A DNA stretch of 64,000 nt from Octopus sinensis (lineage: Eukaryota). Below are positions 1 to 13,749 of the stretch, one piece after another. The notes below the pieces were generated by a model. The model made no database searches. It was not told the DNA's origin and saw only the letters and a program-made list of their open reading frames with translations. Both the position numbers and the translations under genes were made by a program. Each line of letters begins with the position of its first letter. The first letter of the stretch is position 1. The stretch spans positions 2,976,001 to 3,040,000 of the forward strand of contig NC_043023.1 of NCBI RefSeq assembly GCF_006345805.1, written 5' to 3'.

Positions 1-597
1 ACCCAGACACACACACACACACACATATATCCACAAACAAACACACCCACAAACAGTTACACATACAAAAATACATAATTCATTAATAATTAAGCAAGGT
101 TTTCAACATCCCTCCCCACCTCCCAATGCCACCCATATATATATATATACGACCCCTGTACCCCCCCTTCCACACACATCTATATCTGCATACAAAGTGA
201 AACGTGCTAATACAAAGGCTCTCTCTATGAAAGAATGGAAATGCTGAGTGTTGTGTTCTGGACTTCTCTTTCATTTGAGGGGAGGGGCCATTGTTATGGC
301 ACGTTTCATTTTGTATGGAGATGTTAGGGAGTCGGGTCAGAGGGTAGGGATTTGTTACACACACACACACACATGTATGTATGTATATATATATATATTT
401 GTACGTATCTATATATGCATATATTTCTGTACATATGTGTGTGAATATGTGTGTGTATATTATATATATATATATATATATTTATATGTGCAAGTGTGTT
501 TGTGTGTGTGCATATATATATATATATCTGAGTGTGTGTGTGTATATATCTATATATATATGCTCATGTCTGTGTATGTTTATATCTATATATATAT

Positions 598-986
598 AGG
601 CGCAGGAGTGGCCATGTGGTAAGTAGCTTGCTAACCAACCACATAGTTCTGGGTTCAGTCCCACTGCGTGGCATCTTAGGCAAGTGTCTTCTGCTATAGC
701 CCCGGGCCGACCAATGCCTTGTGAGTGGATTTGGTAGACAGAAACTGTAAGAAGCCTGTCGTATATATGTATATATATGTATATGTATGTGTGTATATGT
801 TTGTGTGTCTGTGTTTGTCCCACTAGCATCGCTTGACAACCAATGCTGGTGTGTTTACGTCCCTGTCACTTAGAGGTTCGGCAAAAGAGACCAATAGAAT
901 AAGTCCCGGGGTCGATTTGCTCGACTAAAGGCGGTGCTCCAGCATGGCCGCAGTCAAATGACTGAAACAAGTAAAAGAGTAAAAGA
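598..986 (+). mobile_element. tRNA-derived SINE, family A (near full length)
   Basis: Head AGGCGCAGGAGTGGC..GTGGTAAG (A-box-like) and GGTTCAGTCCC (B-box-like), internal (TA)/(TG) tract, tail GGCGGTGCTCCAGCATGGCCGCAGTCAAATGACTGAAAC(AAGTAAAAGAGT); many similar copies in the window. Confidence 0.9.
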
Positions 987-993
987 CAATATA

Positions 994-1029
<36 letters not shown>

Positions 1030-1234
1030 CACATATATACATATCCATACATTCATATATACATGTATATACACACCGGGGTGTATGTATGTGTGTGTGT
1101 GTGTATTATATATATATATTATTATATAATATATATATACACATATATACATATCCATACATTCATATATACATGTATATACACACACGGGTGTATGTAT
1201 GTGTGTGTGTATATATATATATGTATATCATCTT

Positions 1235-1520
1235 ATGATTAGGATATTGCACTCCTGATTACAAGATTGTGGTTTCAATTCCCAGACCAGGTGATGCGTG
1301 GTCTTCTGGAGTAAAATGCTTTATTTCCTGCGTTTCTGCAATCAATTTGAAAACTGATGTTTAGCACGCTGGCACACCTGTACAGGTAACATAGATTTGA
1401 TGGAGAGAGTGAGCTTATATGCAACACAAACACTTGATCCCCAGGAACAAATCATTTCTGTGGTTGTTCAGCAATAAATTGCAGAACCCTTATCTGTTGG
1501 TTAAGGATTGGAAAGTCCAT
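1235..1520 (+). mobile_element. Degenerate tRNA-headed SINE
   Basis: GGTTTCAATTCCCAGACC B-box-like head similar to that at 41108 and 16895. Confidence 0.45.
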
Positions 1521-1526
1521 AATATA

Positions 1527-1690
1527 CTCTTTACTCTTTTACTTGTTTCAGTCATTTGACTGTAGCCATGCTGGAGCACCGACTTTAGCTGAGCAAATTG
1601 ACCCCAGGACTTATTCTTTGTAAACCCAGTACTTATTCTATTCATCTCTTTTGCCGAACCGCTAAGTTACGGGGACATAAACACACCATC
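1527..1690 (-). mobile_element. SINE family A, 3' fragment
   Basis: Reverse complement of the family A tail (TACTCTTTTACTTGTTTCAGTCATTTGACTG..CCATGCTGGAGCACC). Confidence 0.85.
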
Positions 1691-2408
1691 ACCCCACCCT
1701 GACACTGAACTAGCTTCACTGATTGATAGGTGATGGTCTCATTTAGAGAATGCATGGGCTAAGACTATGTACCTTCATTGGTCAGTTAAAGTTGAGACAG
1801 TGTCATGTGACAACTGGCTGGGGCTGCCTGCTGGAGCCTAGCAGCGGGTATTTAAAGGGAAGTTTGACAAGACAGTCAGTCGCCCGTTGACATTCGACGC
1901 TACATCGAAGGGACCAGGGAACAGAAGAAAGAAGGAGAAAGAAGACATGCACCCAACACCAGAGCTGAAGACACCTCCGAAAGAGGGAGCCCCGCCACAT
2001 CAAAACAGTAGAGGAGTAGGGGCCGATACCGGACATAGTTCCTCCTGATGATGTCTTGAGCTAACTGGATCCTATAAAGGAGCTGTTGTGGTAGCAGACC
2101 ACGAAACACGGTTGTAATTCCTCCTAAAGTTTCTTTCTCAATCAGCATAGCAAAAACTTGTAGATTATTTGGAACCAAATTTCTTGAACTCTTTTTCATC
2201 AATGTCTCCAGGCTGTCTCAGCATCACTTTCAAGTTATAGCATCATATACCCTACTGTATTATCCTCCTCATTTTTTATCATAGTGGATGGTTTCTGTTT
2301 ATGCAAATTTTACAGCCAGAATTCGACCATTAAAATTCCATGTCATAAACCTTATACTTTTGTTGTGTTTCATTTCGTCTGTGATGTATTTGTGTTGTTT
2401 ATGACATA

Positions 2409-2925
2409 CTAGCAGTATCACCCGGCGTTGCTCGGGTTTGTAAGGGAAATAACTATATAAGCATTTTTAGAGAGTTACTTCCCTTATAGATGCCAATTCG
2501 GGCTTTCTTAGCCATTTCTGTTTTGGTGTCTTCAAGCCATGAAGTCGTTGTTCTAAAAGAACGCTGGTCTCCTTGACAACGCTTTACGACGTTGATTTAT
2601 TTACACTCACTCCCTTCCCCACAGCTTCACGAGGGAGGGAAGAAGGGGGAGAAGCAAACAGGTGCAGGTGTGACCATGGACGCCAACTCCGCCGCCATCG
2701 ACACACGAAAAATTATGCATTAAAATGGAATAAAAAATGATGTTAAATTATTTTTAAAATCGTAGACTCATCGTAGACGCGCGCTAATAGCCAGACGGGC
2801 TCGATATGAATCACGACTATAAGATACCCGAATTTGGTTAAACTGCACCGCAAAATGTGGGAGTAGTTAGGAATCTAAATCGAAGGGGACAGACACTCAC
2901 ACAACTACAGTTTTATATATATAGA
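2409..2925 (-). mobile_element. Non-autonomous Helitron
   Basis: Minus strand begins TCTATATATATAAA and ends with a GC-rich hairpin CCCGAGCAACGCCGGG then CTAG; sits between A (2408) and T (2926), no TSD. Confidence 0.85.
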
Positions 2926-3081
2926 TATGTGTTGTTTGTATATTGATTTTAGCCTTTTGTAATTTCCATAATTAATCATCTTCTGTAGAGAACTCTATAA
3001 ACTATGAATGTATTGTTTGTTAATGTTTTCCTATCTAACTTTGTTTTATGGTTTCTATAGAATGATGGCATTACAGAATTA

Positions 3082-3500
3082 GGATCTTTTCCGTTTGACC
3101 GGCAATTTTTTCTAGCAGTGTCATATGAAATTGTCACCCATAATTATGACCCTAGTATTGATCTATTGCATTTCAATCTGTTTTAGGGTTAGGGTTAGGG
3201 CTGGGGGGAAGGGTATCTTTTTTCTTCACAAATGTAAATAAACCCAATCTGTTTCTTAAACGAGGGACATATTCATACGGCACAGAATGTTTTTTATCTC
3301 AATACACGTCATTGATTGGTTGAAATTGCAGAAATTGAAGAAAAATAAAAACAACAAATATCTTACAAACTATAGAATTTTCTCAATAAAGCCAAGAGAA
3401 AAAGATGTTTTATAAACACATTCTACCAGTATACAAAGTTTTAAATTTTTTAGTTACCTGGAAATTATGTTAAAAACTGCCGTTCAAACCGAAAAGATCT
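3082..3500. mobile_element. MITE, Merlin-like, ~29-bp TIRs with 8-bp TSD
   Basis: TIR GGATCTTTTCCGTTTGACCGGCAATTTTT versus AAAAACTGCCGTTCAAACCGAAAAGATCT; CAGAATTA at 3074-3081 and 3501-3508; internal (TTAGGG)3. Confidence 0.85.
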
Positions 3501-3949
3501 CAGAATTAATTCTCCTCTGTCCTTAAACTCTGATCAAACACCACCAGGGCATTTAGTTATTATAGATGTATTATAGTCATGCTATTTAGCCCACTTTAGT
3601 TTGGGGCTGCTGGCTCAATTAGCCCTATACAGGAGGTACCTCAAAAGTTCACATGGAGTGCAGCTTTTAAGCTGGTTATGTATATAGGAAGTAACATTGC
3701 TTCAACAGACAAGGGTGTCTAGCTAAGGATTGCAAAAGCATGGAATGCCCCAGACAGACCCTGAATTATATAGAAGGGGTTTCTTCAGAGTAATTGTTAC
3801 ATCAGTACTTTTCTATGGCCCTTCAGCATGTGACAACAGCTTGGGGCCCCTCACTTCTGGTGGTTTTACTGCACGCCCTGACACTAACCAAGGGTGTTTC
3901 TGTGTTCCTGAGCTCAGATGGATTGTCATCATGTACATTAGTTGACCTG

Positions 3950-4487
3950 TAAATTCTAGACACACAGGTCCTGAGGATAGCTGGTATATTGAGTATTGAG
4001 GCGATGGTGCACAAGCACCGGTTACGTAGGACTGGACACCTTATTAGAATGAAGGGTAGCAGGATCCCTAAGCAGATGCTATATGGAGAACTTGTGAATG
4101 GAAGGAGACTCCGGCAGAAACCAAGGCTGCGATTTGAGGACTGTGTCAAGTCCTCATTAAAGGCCTGTGATATGCAGGACACTGACTGGGAGAGCAATGC
4201 CTGTCATCGCCACAGATGGAGGAAGCAGGTTAAGGAGGGGATCGACACTTTTGAGAGAGCACGTATCCAGCATGAAGAACTTAAGCGTTCTGCTCGAAAG
4301 CACACTGCTGGTGAAGTGAATGGGGAAAGCTTGGTCTGCAATGTTTGCAGTCGTGTACGCTTGTCAAGAGCAGGGCTCATTAGCCACCAACGGAGCTGCA
4401 AATGCAAAATATAAGTTAGTCCTAGAGCGGACAATGTTCCTGAAGGTCAGCAATGGTCTTCCTTGGTCACGAGTGGATGGCCATCAA
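3950..4487 (+). mobile_element. RTE-clade LINE 3' end (5'-truncated, decayed)
   Basis: ORF 3989-4414: RLRRTGHLIRM..RIPKQMLYGEL..R.KPRLRFEDCVK..W..W, followed by CxxC..LISH zinc-finger-like C-terminus typical of RTE/BovB-like ORF ends. Confidence 0.85.
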
Positions 4488-4491
4488 TAAT

Positions 4492-4800
4492 CCTAACAGG
4501 TGCTACTACTCTGGGTCAGAGGAGACCAGGGAACAATATTAGTTAAGATGGGTTTCCACACTTCTGGAAAACCCTGGAACACCCTAATCAGAGCTCCACT
4601 ACTGGATGTAATTCAAAGTCATACATAAAACATATACAGACATGCTAACCCATAGATAGGACACTAACAGGTGCTACTACCCCAGGTCAGAGTTGACTTG
4701 GGAACAGAAGTGGCTAAGGGGTGGTTCTCCACTTCACAAAACCCTGGAACTCCTGAAAGAGCCCTACTATTGCATCTATTTTAAAGCTATACCCAGGATA
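4492..4800 (+). repeat. Two diverged tandem copies (~170 bp) of an unclassified repeat
   Basis: CTAACAGGTGCTACTAC..GGTCAGAG..GGGAACA..CCAC..ACCCTGGAAC occurs at ~4493 and ~4664. Confidence 0.6.
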
Positions 4801-4849
4801 TATACAAACATAATGGTACTGATATATATATATATATATATATATACAT

Positions 4850-5005
4850 ACATGAGCTGTGTGGTAAGAAGCTCCCTTCCCTACCAGATTGGTCTGGGTC
4901 CAGTTCCACTGTGTGGCACCTTAGGCAAGTGTCTTCTACTATAGCCTTGGGCCAACCAAAACCTTGTGAGTGGATCTGGTAGACGGAAACTGAAAGAAGC
5001 CCATC

Positions 5006-5036
<31 letters not shown>

Positions 5037-5448
5037 CGCAAATAAGAAAATGGAGGAGAACAATAGGTGGTTCATCAACTTTTAGACATTAAAATGTTAA
5101 CTTATTTATTTATTAAACTGATAATTATTAGTTTAATTAATAAATAAGTTAACGCTTTAATGTCCAAAAGTTGATGAACCACCTATTGATCCCCTCCATT
5201 TTCTTATTTGCAATATAAATTAATGGTAAAATATCTCTTTACCTTCACCCATTTAGTACACTAGGTAATGTAATTGCAATGCAATAAAAAAAACACTTGT
5301 GTATTAATCATTGGGTATTCTACCAGCAGTATATTGGATAGATATTATCCCTTAGTTGGTTGGATTCACAATCTCTAACTTTCTTGAAGTTATATATATA
5401 TATATATGTACATATATATATGTACATATGTGTGTGTGTGTATATATA

Positions 5449-5498
<50 letters not shown>

Positions 5499-5525
5499 TA
5501 TATATATGTACATATATATATGTAC

Positions 5526-5570
<45 letters not shown>

Positions 5571-5618
5571 TATATATATGTACATATGTGTATATATATA
5601 TATATATATATATGTACC

Positions 5619-5651
<33 letters not shown>

Positions 5652-5870
5652 GAATATATCTGTGTTTCTTTGTGTCAGGATTCCCCCTCCCCCATCACCA
5701 CTTGACATCTGGTGTTGGTGTGTTTACATCCCTGTAACTTAGCAAAAGAGACCGATAGGATAAGTACTAGGCTGAAAAAAAAAGTCCTTGGGTCGATTTG
5801 CTTGACTAAAACCCTTTAAGGCCATGATCCAGCATGGCCACAGTCAAATAACTAAAACTAGTGAAAAGAA
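4850..5870 (+). mobile_element. SINE family A split by an insertion in its internal (TA)n
   Basis: 5' half at ~4850-5010, 3' half at ~5660-5870; intervening fold-back element and TA tracts. Confidence 0.75.
5034..5390. mobile_element. Fold-back element in (TA)n; ~180-bp imperfect palindrome 5034-5217
   Basis: GCAAAATAAGAAAATGGAGG..ATAGGTGGTTCATCAACTTTT pairs with AAAAGTTGATGAACCACCTAT..CCTCCATTTTCTTATTTGC; centre near 5124. Confidence 0.7.
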
Positions 5871-6129
5871 GCAAACAAATACATAAAAATACATACACAC
5901 ACACACACATATATATGAATACACACAACCACACACATACACACGTATATTCACACATACACAAACATATAAAGAATGAGAGAGAGAGGGATAGATAGAA
6001 AGACAGAAACACCTGTAGAGTGAATGAGAGGGAGAAAGAAAGAGAAGGGGAGAGAGAATGACAAAGAGAGGGTGGGAGTATGTTACTTTGGTGTGTTAGC
6101 ATTTGTAGAATGTTCTGAGTATATGAACG

Positions 6130-6657
6130 TCTCTCTCTCTCTCTCTCTCTCTCTCTTTACATGTACACACTCACACTATCTCTCTCCACCCCTCTCAGTA
6201 CTTCTCTGCATCTCTTTCCTCTTTCTTTCTATGTCTTTCCATATATCATTCTCTCCTCTCCTTCTTCATCACTTTCTATAACTCTATTTTTCTCTCCTTC
6301 CCTTTCTCTATCTATCTATCTACCTACCTACCTACCTATCTCTATCTATCTCTGTCTATCTCTCTCACTCTCTCTCTATCTATCTATCTATCTGTTTATC
6401 TATCTATCTATCTATCTATCTTTGTCCATCTATCTCTCTCTCTCTATGTCTATCTATCTATCTATCTGTCAATCTGTCTATCTATCTGTCTATCTATCTG
6501 TCTATCTATCTATCTATCAATCAATCTATCTATCAATCTATCTATCATTTCACTATCTATCTATCTATATCTATCTATCTGTCTATCTATCAATCTATCT
6601 ATCTGTCTATCTATCTATCTATCAATCTATCTATCTATCTATATGTCTGTCTCTCTG

Positions 6658-6689
<32 letters not shown>

Positions 6690-6810
6690 CCTATCTACCT
6701 ATCTACCTATCTGCCTATCTCTCTATCTATCTATCTATATATCTATCTATCTATCTGTTTGTCTATCTATCTCTCTGTCTCTCTATCTATCTATCTATCA
6801 ATATATCTAT
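6130..6810. repeat. (CT)n/(TCTA)n microsatellite
   Basis: Direct inspection. Confidence 0.95.
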
Positions 6811-6925
6811 CATATATTCACACACACACACACACACATCAACATATTCATACACAGACACACACATATTCATATATATACACACAAATATCTACAGTCT
6901 ATCTATCTCGCTTTCTTTGAGTGTG

Positions 6926-6962
<37 letters not shown>

Positions 6963-7577
6963 ATGTATATATGTGTGTGTATGTGTAGACCTCTATCTGC
7001 CTCTCATCTCTTTTTATCTCTCTTATTCTCTCTATATACATGCATAAATACATATATATATATATATATGTATATATGTGTATTATTTGTGTATGTGTAT
7101 ATCTATGTATATGTATGTATACATCTGTATACGTATGTATATGTGCATATCTATATACATACACACACCTTATTGCCTTTATAAACTTCTGTTTCAACCT
7201 TTATACCCATCTCTCTCTCTCTCTCTCTCATATCCTTGCGTGTGTATGTGTGTATATATGTGTGTATATATATGTGTGTGTATATATATGTGTGTGTGTG
7301 TAGATAGATAGATAGATAGGCAGAGAGAGAGTGAGATAGATAGATAGATATATATAAATGTACGTGCATATATATATATATATACACACATATATATATA
7401 TATATATACACACATATATATATATATACACACATATATATATATATATATACATATGAAGATATACCTTCTAACATCTTCATATCTCTCTCCACCTTTG
7501 TATATCTCTGTTTCTCTCTCCCTGTCTCTCTCTCTCTCTCTCTCTCATTCTCTCTCTCTCTCTCTCTCACACACACA

Positions 7578-7609
<32 letters not shown>

Positions 7610-7899
7610 CTCTGTCTCTCTCTCTCTTTCCTTCCCTTAAAGTGGAAATATTTCTTCCAGCCTGTTAAAGATGGCTTTTAAGAAAATTCCTCAAAGACTT
7701 CCTCGTAAATAATTCCCCGTGTTTCTTGCAACACACACACACACACACACACACACACCTGCATAGAAACTGTGACACACACATAGAGAAACATATGCAG
7801 TGAAATGCACCCATACATATGTTCGCACACTCTGCTCACATAGACATACGTACACATACATGTACGCATTCAAAGAAACATGCATATATACACACACAT

Positions 7900-8809
7900 A
7901 CACATACATATGCATGCAACAAATATACACATGCACACAGACATATATACACACACATACAAATCCATGCACAAAGGCACACACACACAAACATATACAC
8001 TCATATACAGACGTGTGCATATTCACACACACACATGAATGCATACACATACAAACATACACACACACACACAGAAACTTGCTCTCATGCACACACACAC
8101 ACATACAAACATACACACATACACAAACTCACTCTCACACACACACACACGCACACACACACACACACACAGAGAAACCTGCTCTCATGCACACACACAC
8201 ACATACAAACATACACACATACACAAACTCACTCTCACACACACACACCAACTCACTGATACACACACACACGCGCACACACACACACACACAGAGAAAC
8301 CTCTCTCATGCACACACACACATACAAACATACACACATACACAAACTCACTCTCACACACACACACCAACTCACTGATACACACACACACGCACACACA
8401 CACACACACACAGAAACCTGCTCTCATGCACACACACACACATACAAACATACACACATACACAAACTCACTCTCACACACACACACCAACTCACTGATA
8501 CACACACACACACGCACACACACACACACACACACACAGAGAAACCTGCTCTCATGCACACACACACACATACAAACATACACACATACACAAACTCACT
8601 CTCTCTTTCACACACACACACACTGAAACTATCTCTTACATACACACACACTCACTGAACCTCTCACTCACACACACACAAACACACACATACACACTCA
8701 CACACACTCACTGAAGCTCTATCTTTCTCACACACACACATACACACTCAGTGAACCACTCACTCACACAAACACACTTATTGAAGCTCTCTCACACACA
8801 GACACACGT

Positions 8810-8840
<31 letters not shown>

Positions 8841-8950
8841 CTCACTGAAGCTCTCTCTCACACACACACACACACACACAAACACACACATACACACTCA
8901 CTGAAGCTCTCTCACACACACACACACACATACACACTCACTGAAGCTTT

Positions 8951-8985
<35 letters not shown>

Positions 8986-9110
8986 CCACACACATACACA
9001 CTCACTGAAGCTTTCTCACACACACACACACACAAACACACACATACACACTCACTGAAGCTCTCTCACACACACACACACACAAACACACACATACACA
9101 CTCACTGAAG

Positions 9111-9143
<33 letters not shown>

Positions 9144-9150
9144 ACAACCC
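7900..9150. repeat. CA-rich compound minisatellites (~100-128-bp units, then ~58-bp units)
   Basis: AGAAACCTGCTCTCATGCAC-like motif recurs at ~8073, 8173, 8295, 8412 and 8540; CACTCACTGAAGCT motif recurs 8650-9110. Confidence 0.85.
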
Positions 9151-9526
9151 TGCAACTGGACAGATAATTTAGATAAATCAAGGACTTAGTTCAAGCCCTT
9201 AATATCCTCCTCTCCTCTTCCTCTCCCTCCTACTCCCTCTCTGCTTCCCTTTTTCCCTTAACTTCTCCACTGTCTCCTTTATTTTTTCCCCCCTTTATCC
9301 TCTTTCCATTTCCTTTCCTTTTTACTTTTCAGGGGTTTTCTCTCCGAAGGGCTTTTATTGTTCTTATTGTTTTTATCATGTTTTTATTGTGTTTTTAGTG
9401 TTATTTCCATTGTTGTTGTTGCTGTTGTTGTTGTTGTTCCTCCCAAGTTGTAGTCAAATGGATTATTGGCAAAACGGATGTTTTAGATCCCAGAAACGGA
9501 GGCAGCAGCCAGCGTTGGTGATGGAT

Positions 9527-10465
9527 TGGCGGTGGTGGCGGGGATGGCGATGGTGGTGGTGGTGATGGGTGGTGGTGGTGGTGGTGGTGATGGTGGTGGT
9601 GGCGATGGTGGTGGTGGTGGTGGTGGTGGTGGTGGTGGTGATGGTGGTGGTGGTGATGGTGGTGGTGGTGATGGTGTGGTGGTGGTGGTGATGGTGGTGT
9701 GGTGGTGATGGTGGTGGTGGTGGTGGTGATGGTGGTGGTGGTGATGTGGTGGTGGTGATGGTGGTGGTGGTGGTGGTGGTGGTGATGGTGGTGGTGGTGA
9801 TGGGTGGTGGTGATGGTGTGGTGGTGGTGATGGTGGTGGTGGTGATGGTGGTGGTGATGGTGGTGGTGGTTATGGTGGTGGTGGTGATGGTGGTGGTGGT
9901 GGTGGTGGTGATGGTGGTGATGGTGGTGTGGTGGTGATGGTGGTGGTGGTGGTGGTGGTGTGGTGATGGTGGTGGTGGTGATGGTGGTGATGGTGGTGGT
10001 GGTGGTGGTGATGGTGGTGGTGGTGATGGTGGTGGTGATGGTGGTGGTGGTGATGGTGGTGGTGGTGATGGTGGTGGTGGTGGTGGTGATGGTGGTGGTG
10101 GTGGTGGTGTGGTGGTGGTGGTGATGGTGGTGGTGATGTGGTGGTGGTGGTGGTGTGGTGATGGTGGTGGTGGTGATGGTGGTGGTGGTGATGGTGGTGG
10201 TGGTGGTGGTGGTGGTGATGGTGGTGGTGGTGATGGTGGTGGTGGTGATGGTGGTGGTGGTGATGGTTATGATGGTAGTGGTGGTGGTGATGGTTATGAT
10301 GGTTGTAGTGGTGGTAGTTGTAGTGATGGTGTTGAAGATGATGATGGTGGTGGTAGTGATGGTAGTAGTGGTCGTGGTGTTCATGATGATGGTGGTGGTG
10401 GTGATGTTGAAAATGGTGATGGTGTTGATGGTGGGGGTGGTATAGTGTGATGGTGTTGGGTTGAG
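9527..10465. repeat. (GGT)n/(GAT) trinucleotide tract
   Basis: Direct inspection. Confidence 0.95.
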
Positions 10466-10469
10466 GATG

Positions 10470-13400
10470 GGGAGAAGAAAATGGCTGGAAGATAGGAAAA
10501 AGAAAGAAAGGAAAGTGATAGAAGAAAGGGAAATGAAAGAGAGGAGAGATGAATGAATGAATGAAGGGAAGGAAGGAGAGAAAGGAAAGGAGGAGAACTG
10601 GAAACAATGAAACAGCAGGAAGATTAGATGGAAAGAGAATGAATGAGAAGAAGGAAAGAAGGGGAATTTGAAGGAATGAGATGAAGGAAAGATCGGAAGG
10701 AAAGAAAATGAATGAGAAGAGGAAAGAAGGGGAATTTGAAGGAATGAGATGAAGGAAAGATCGGAAGGAAAGAAAATGAATGAGAAGAAGGAAAGAAGGG
10801 GAATTTGAAGGAATGAGATGAAGGAAAGATCGGAAGGAAAGAAAATGAATGAGAAGAAGGAAAGAAGGGGAATTTGAAGGAATGAGATGAAGGAAAGATC
10901 GGAAGGAAAGAAAATGAATGAGAAGAAGGAAAGAAGGGGAATTTGAAGGAATGAGATGAAGGAAAGATCGGAAGGAAAGAAAATGAATGAGAAGAAGGAA
11001 AGAAGGGGAATTTGAAGGAATGAAATGAAGGAAAGATTGGAAAGGAATGAGATGAAGGAAAGATCAGAAAGAAAGAGAATGAAGGAGAAGAAGGAAAGAA
11101 AATGAATGAGAAGACGCAATGAGATGAAGGAAAGATTGGAAAGGAATGAGATGAGGGAAAGATCAGAAAGAAAGAGAATGAATGAGAAGAAGGAAAGAAG
11201 GAGAATTAGAAGGAATAAGATGAAGAAAACATCGGAAAGGAATGAGATGAAGGAAAGATCAGAAAGAAAGAGAATGAATGAGAAGAAGGAAAGAAGGAGA
11301 ATTAGAAGGAATAAGATGAAGAAAACATCGGAAAGGAATGAGATGAAGGAAAGATCAGAAAGAAAGAGAATGAATGAGAAGAAGGAAAGAAGGAGAATTA
11401 GAAGGAATAAGATGAAGAAAACATCGGAAAGGAATGAGATGAAGGAAAGATCAGAAAGAAAGAGAATGAATGAGAAGAAGGAAAGAAGGGGAACTGGAAG
11501 GAATAAGATGAAGGAAAGATCGGAAAGGAATGAGATGAAGGAAAGATCAGAAAGAAAGAGAATGAATGAGAAGAAGGAAAGAAGGAGAATTGGAAGGAAT
11601 AAGATGCAGGATAGATCGGAAGGAAAGAAAATGAATGAGAAGAAGGAAAGAAGGGGAATTAGAAGGAATAAGATGAAGGAAAGATTGGAAAGGAATGAGA
11701 TGAAGGAAAGATCAGAAAGAAAGAGAATGAATGAGAAGAAGGAAAGAAGGAGAATTGGAAGGAATAAGATGAAGGAAAGATCGGAAAGAAAGAGAATGAA
11801 TGAGAAGAAGGGAAGAAGGGGAATTTGAAGGAATGAGATGAAGGTAAGATTGGAAGAGAATGAATGAGAAGAATGAAAAACAGGGAACTGGAAGGAATGA
11901 GATGAAGGAAAGAGAATCAATGAGAAGGAAAGAAAGAGAACGAGAAGGAATGATATGAAGGAAAGTTTGGAAGGAAGGAGAATGAAGGAAAATAATGAAA
12001 GAAGGGGAATTGGAAGGAATGAGATAAAAGAAAGATTAAAAGGAAAGAGAATGAATGAGAAGAAGGAAAGAAGGGGAACTGGAAGGAAAGACAATGAATG
12101 GAAAGAATGAAAGAAGGGGAATTGGAAGGAATGAGATGAAGGAAAGATTAGAAGGGTAAAGAATGAACGAAAAGAAGGAAACAAAGGGAACTAGAAAGAA
12201 TGAGATAAAGGAAAGATTGGAAGAAAAGAGAATGAATGAGAAGAATGAAAGAAGGGGTACTTGAAGGAATGAGATGAAGGAAAGATTGGAAGAGAATGAA
12301 TAAGAATGAAAGACAGGGAACTGGAAGGAAAGAGAATGAATGAGAAGGAAAGAAGGAGAATGAAGGAAAGATTGGAAAGAAAGAAAATGAAGGAGAATAA
12401 TGAAAGAAGAGGAATTGGAAGGAATGAGATGAAGGAAAGATAAGAAGGAAAGAGAATGAATGAGAATACTGAAAAAAGGAGAATTAGAAGGAATGAGATG
12501 AAGGAAAGATTGGAAAGGAATGAGATGAAGGAAAGATTGGAAAGGAATGAGATGAAGGAAAGATCAGAAAGAAAGAGAATGAATGAGAAGAAGGAAAGAA
12601 GGAGAATTGGAAGGAATAAGATGCAGGATAGATCGGAAGGAAAGAAAATGAATGAGCAGAAGGAGAATTAGAAGGAATAAGATGAAGGAAAGATCGGAAA
12701 GAAAGAGAATGAATGAGAAGAAGGAAGAAGGGGAACTGGAAGGAAAGACAATGAATGGAAAGAATGAAAGAAGGGGAATTGGAAGGAATGAGATGAAGGA
12801 AAGATTAGAAGGGTAAAGAATGAACGAAAAGAAGGAAACAAAGGGAACTAGAAAGAATGAGATAAAGGAAAGATTGAAAGGAAATAGAATGAATAAGAAG
12901 AAGGAAGAGAATGAATGAGAAGAATGAAAGAAGGGTACTTGAAGGAATGAGATGAAGGAAGATTGGAAGAGAATGAATAAGAATGAAAGACAGGGAACTG
13001 GAAGGAAAGAGAATGAATGAGAAGGAAAGAAGGAGAATGAAGGAAAGATTGGAAAGAAAGAAAATGAAGGAGAATAATGAAAGAAGAGGAATTTGAAGGA
13101 ATGAGATGAAGGAAAGATTGGAAAGGAATGAGATGAAGAAAGATCAGAAAGAAAGAGAATGAATGAGAAGAAGGAAAGAGAATGAATGAGAATACTGAAA
13201 AAAGGAGAATTAGAAGGAATGAGATGAAGGAAAGATTGGAAAGGAATGAGATGAAGGAAAGATTGGAAAGGAATGAGATGAAGGAAAGATCAGAAAGAAA
13301 GAGAATGAATGAGAAGAAGGAAAGAAGGAGAATTGGAAGGAATAAGATGCAGGATAGATCGGAAGGAAAGAAAATGAATGAGCAGAAGGAGAATTAGAAG

Positions 13401-13745
13401 GAATAAGATGAAGGAAAGATCGGAAAGAAAGAGAATGAATGAGAAGAAGGAAAGAAGGGGAATTGGAAGGAATGAAATGAAGGAAAGATTGAAAGGAAAT
13501 AGAATGAATAAGAAGAAGGAAAGAGAATGAATGAGAATACTGAAAAAAGGAGAATTAGAAGGAATGAGATGAAGGAAAGATAAGGAAGGAGAACGAGTGA
13601 GAAGAAGGAAAGAAGAGGAATTTGAAGGAATGAGATGAAGGAAACTTTGGAAGGAAAGAGAATGAATGAGAGGAATGAAAGAAAGAGAACTTGAAGGAAT
13701 GAGATGAAGGAAAGTTTGGAAGGACAGAAAGGAAGAATTAGAAGG
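10470..13745. repeat. GA-rich hierarchical minisatellite (60-bp and 96-bp units; 726-bp duplication)
   Basis: Lines 10681-11040 repeat with period 60; ATCGG at 11231, 11327 and 11423 gives period 96; identical ORFs at 12456 and 13182. Confidence 0.9.
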
Positions 13746-13749
13746 TCTC

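Noticed and set aside
1690-2230. Possible solo LTR with TATA-like TATTTAAA
   Set aside because: No TG..CA boundaries, TSD or second copy identified
9401-12184. 927-aa minus-strand ORF and the overlapping 240-aa Arg/Glu/Lys ORF
   Set aside because: Translations of GA-rich and GGT repeats that lack stop codons by composition; no domain motif
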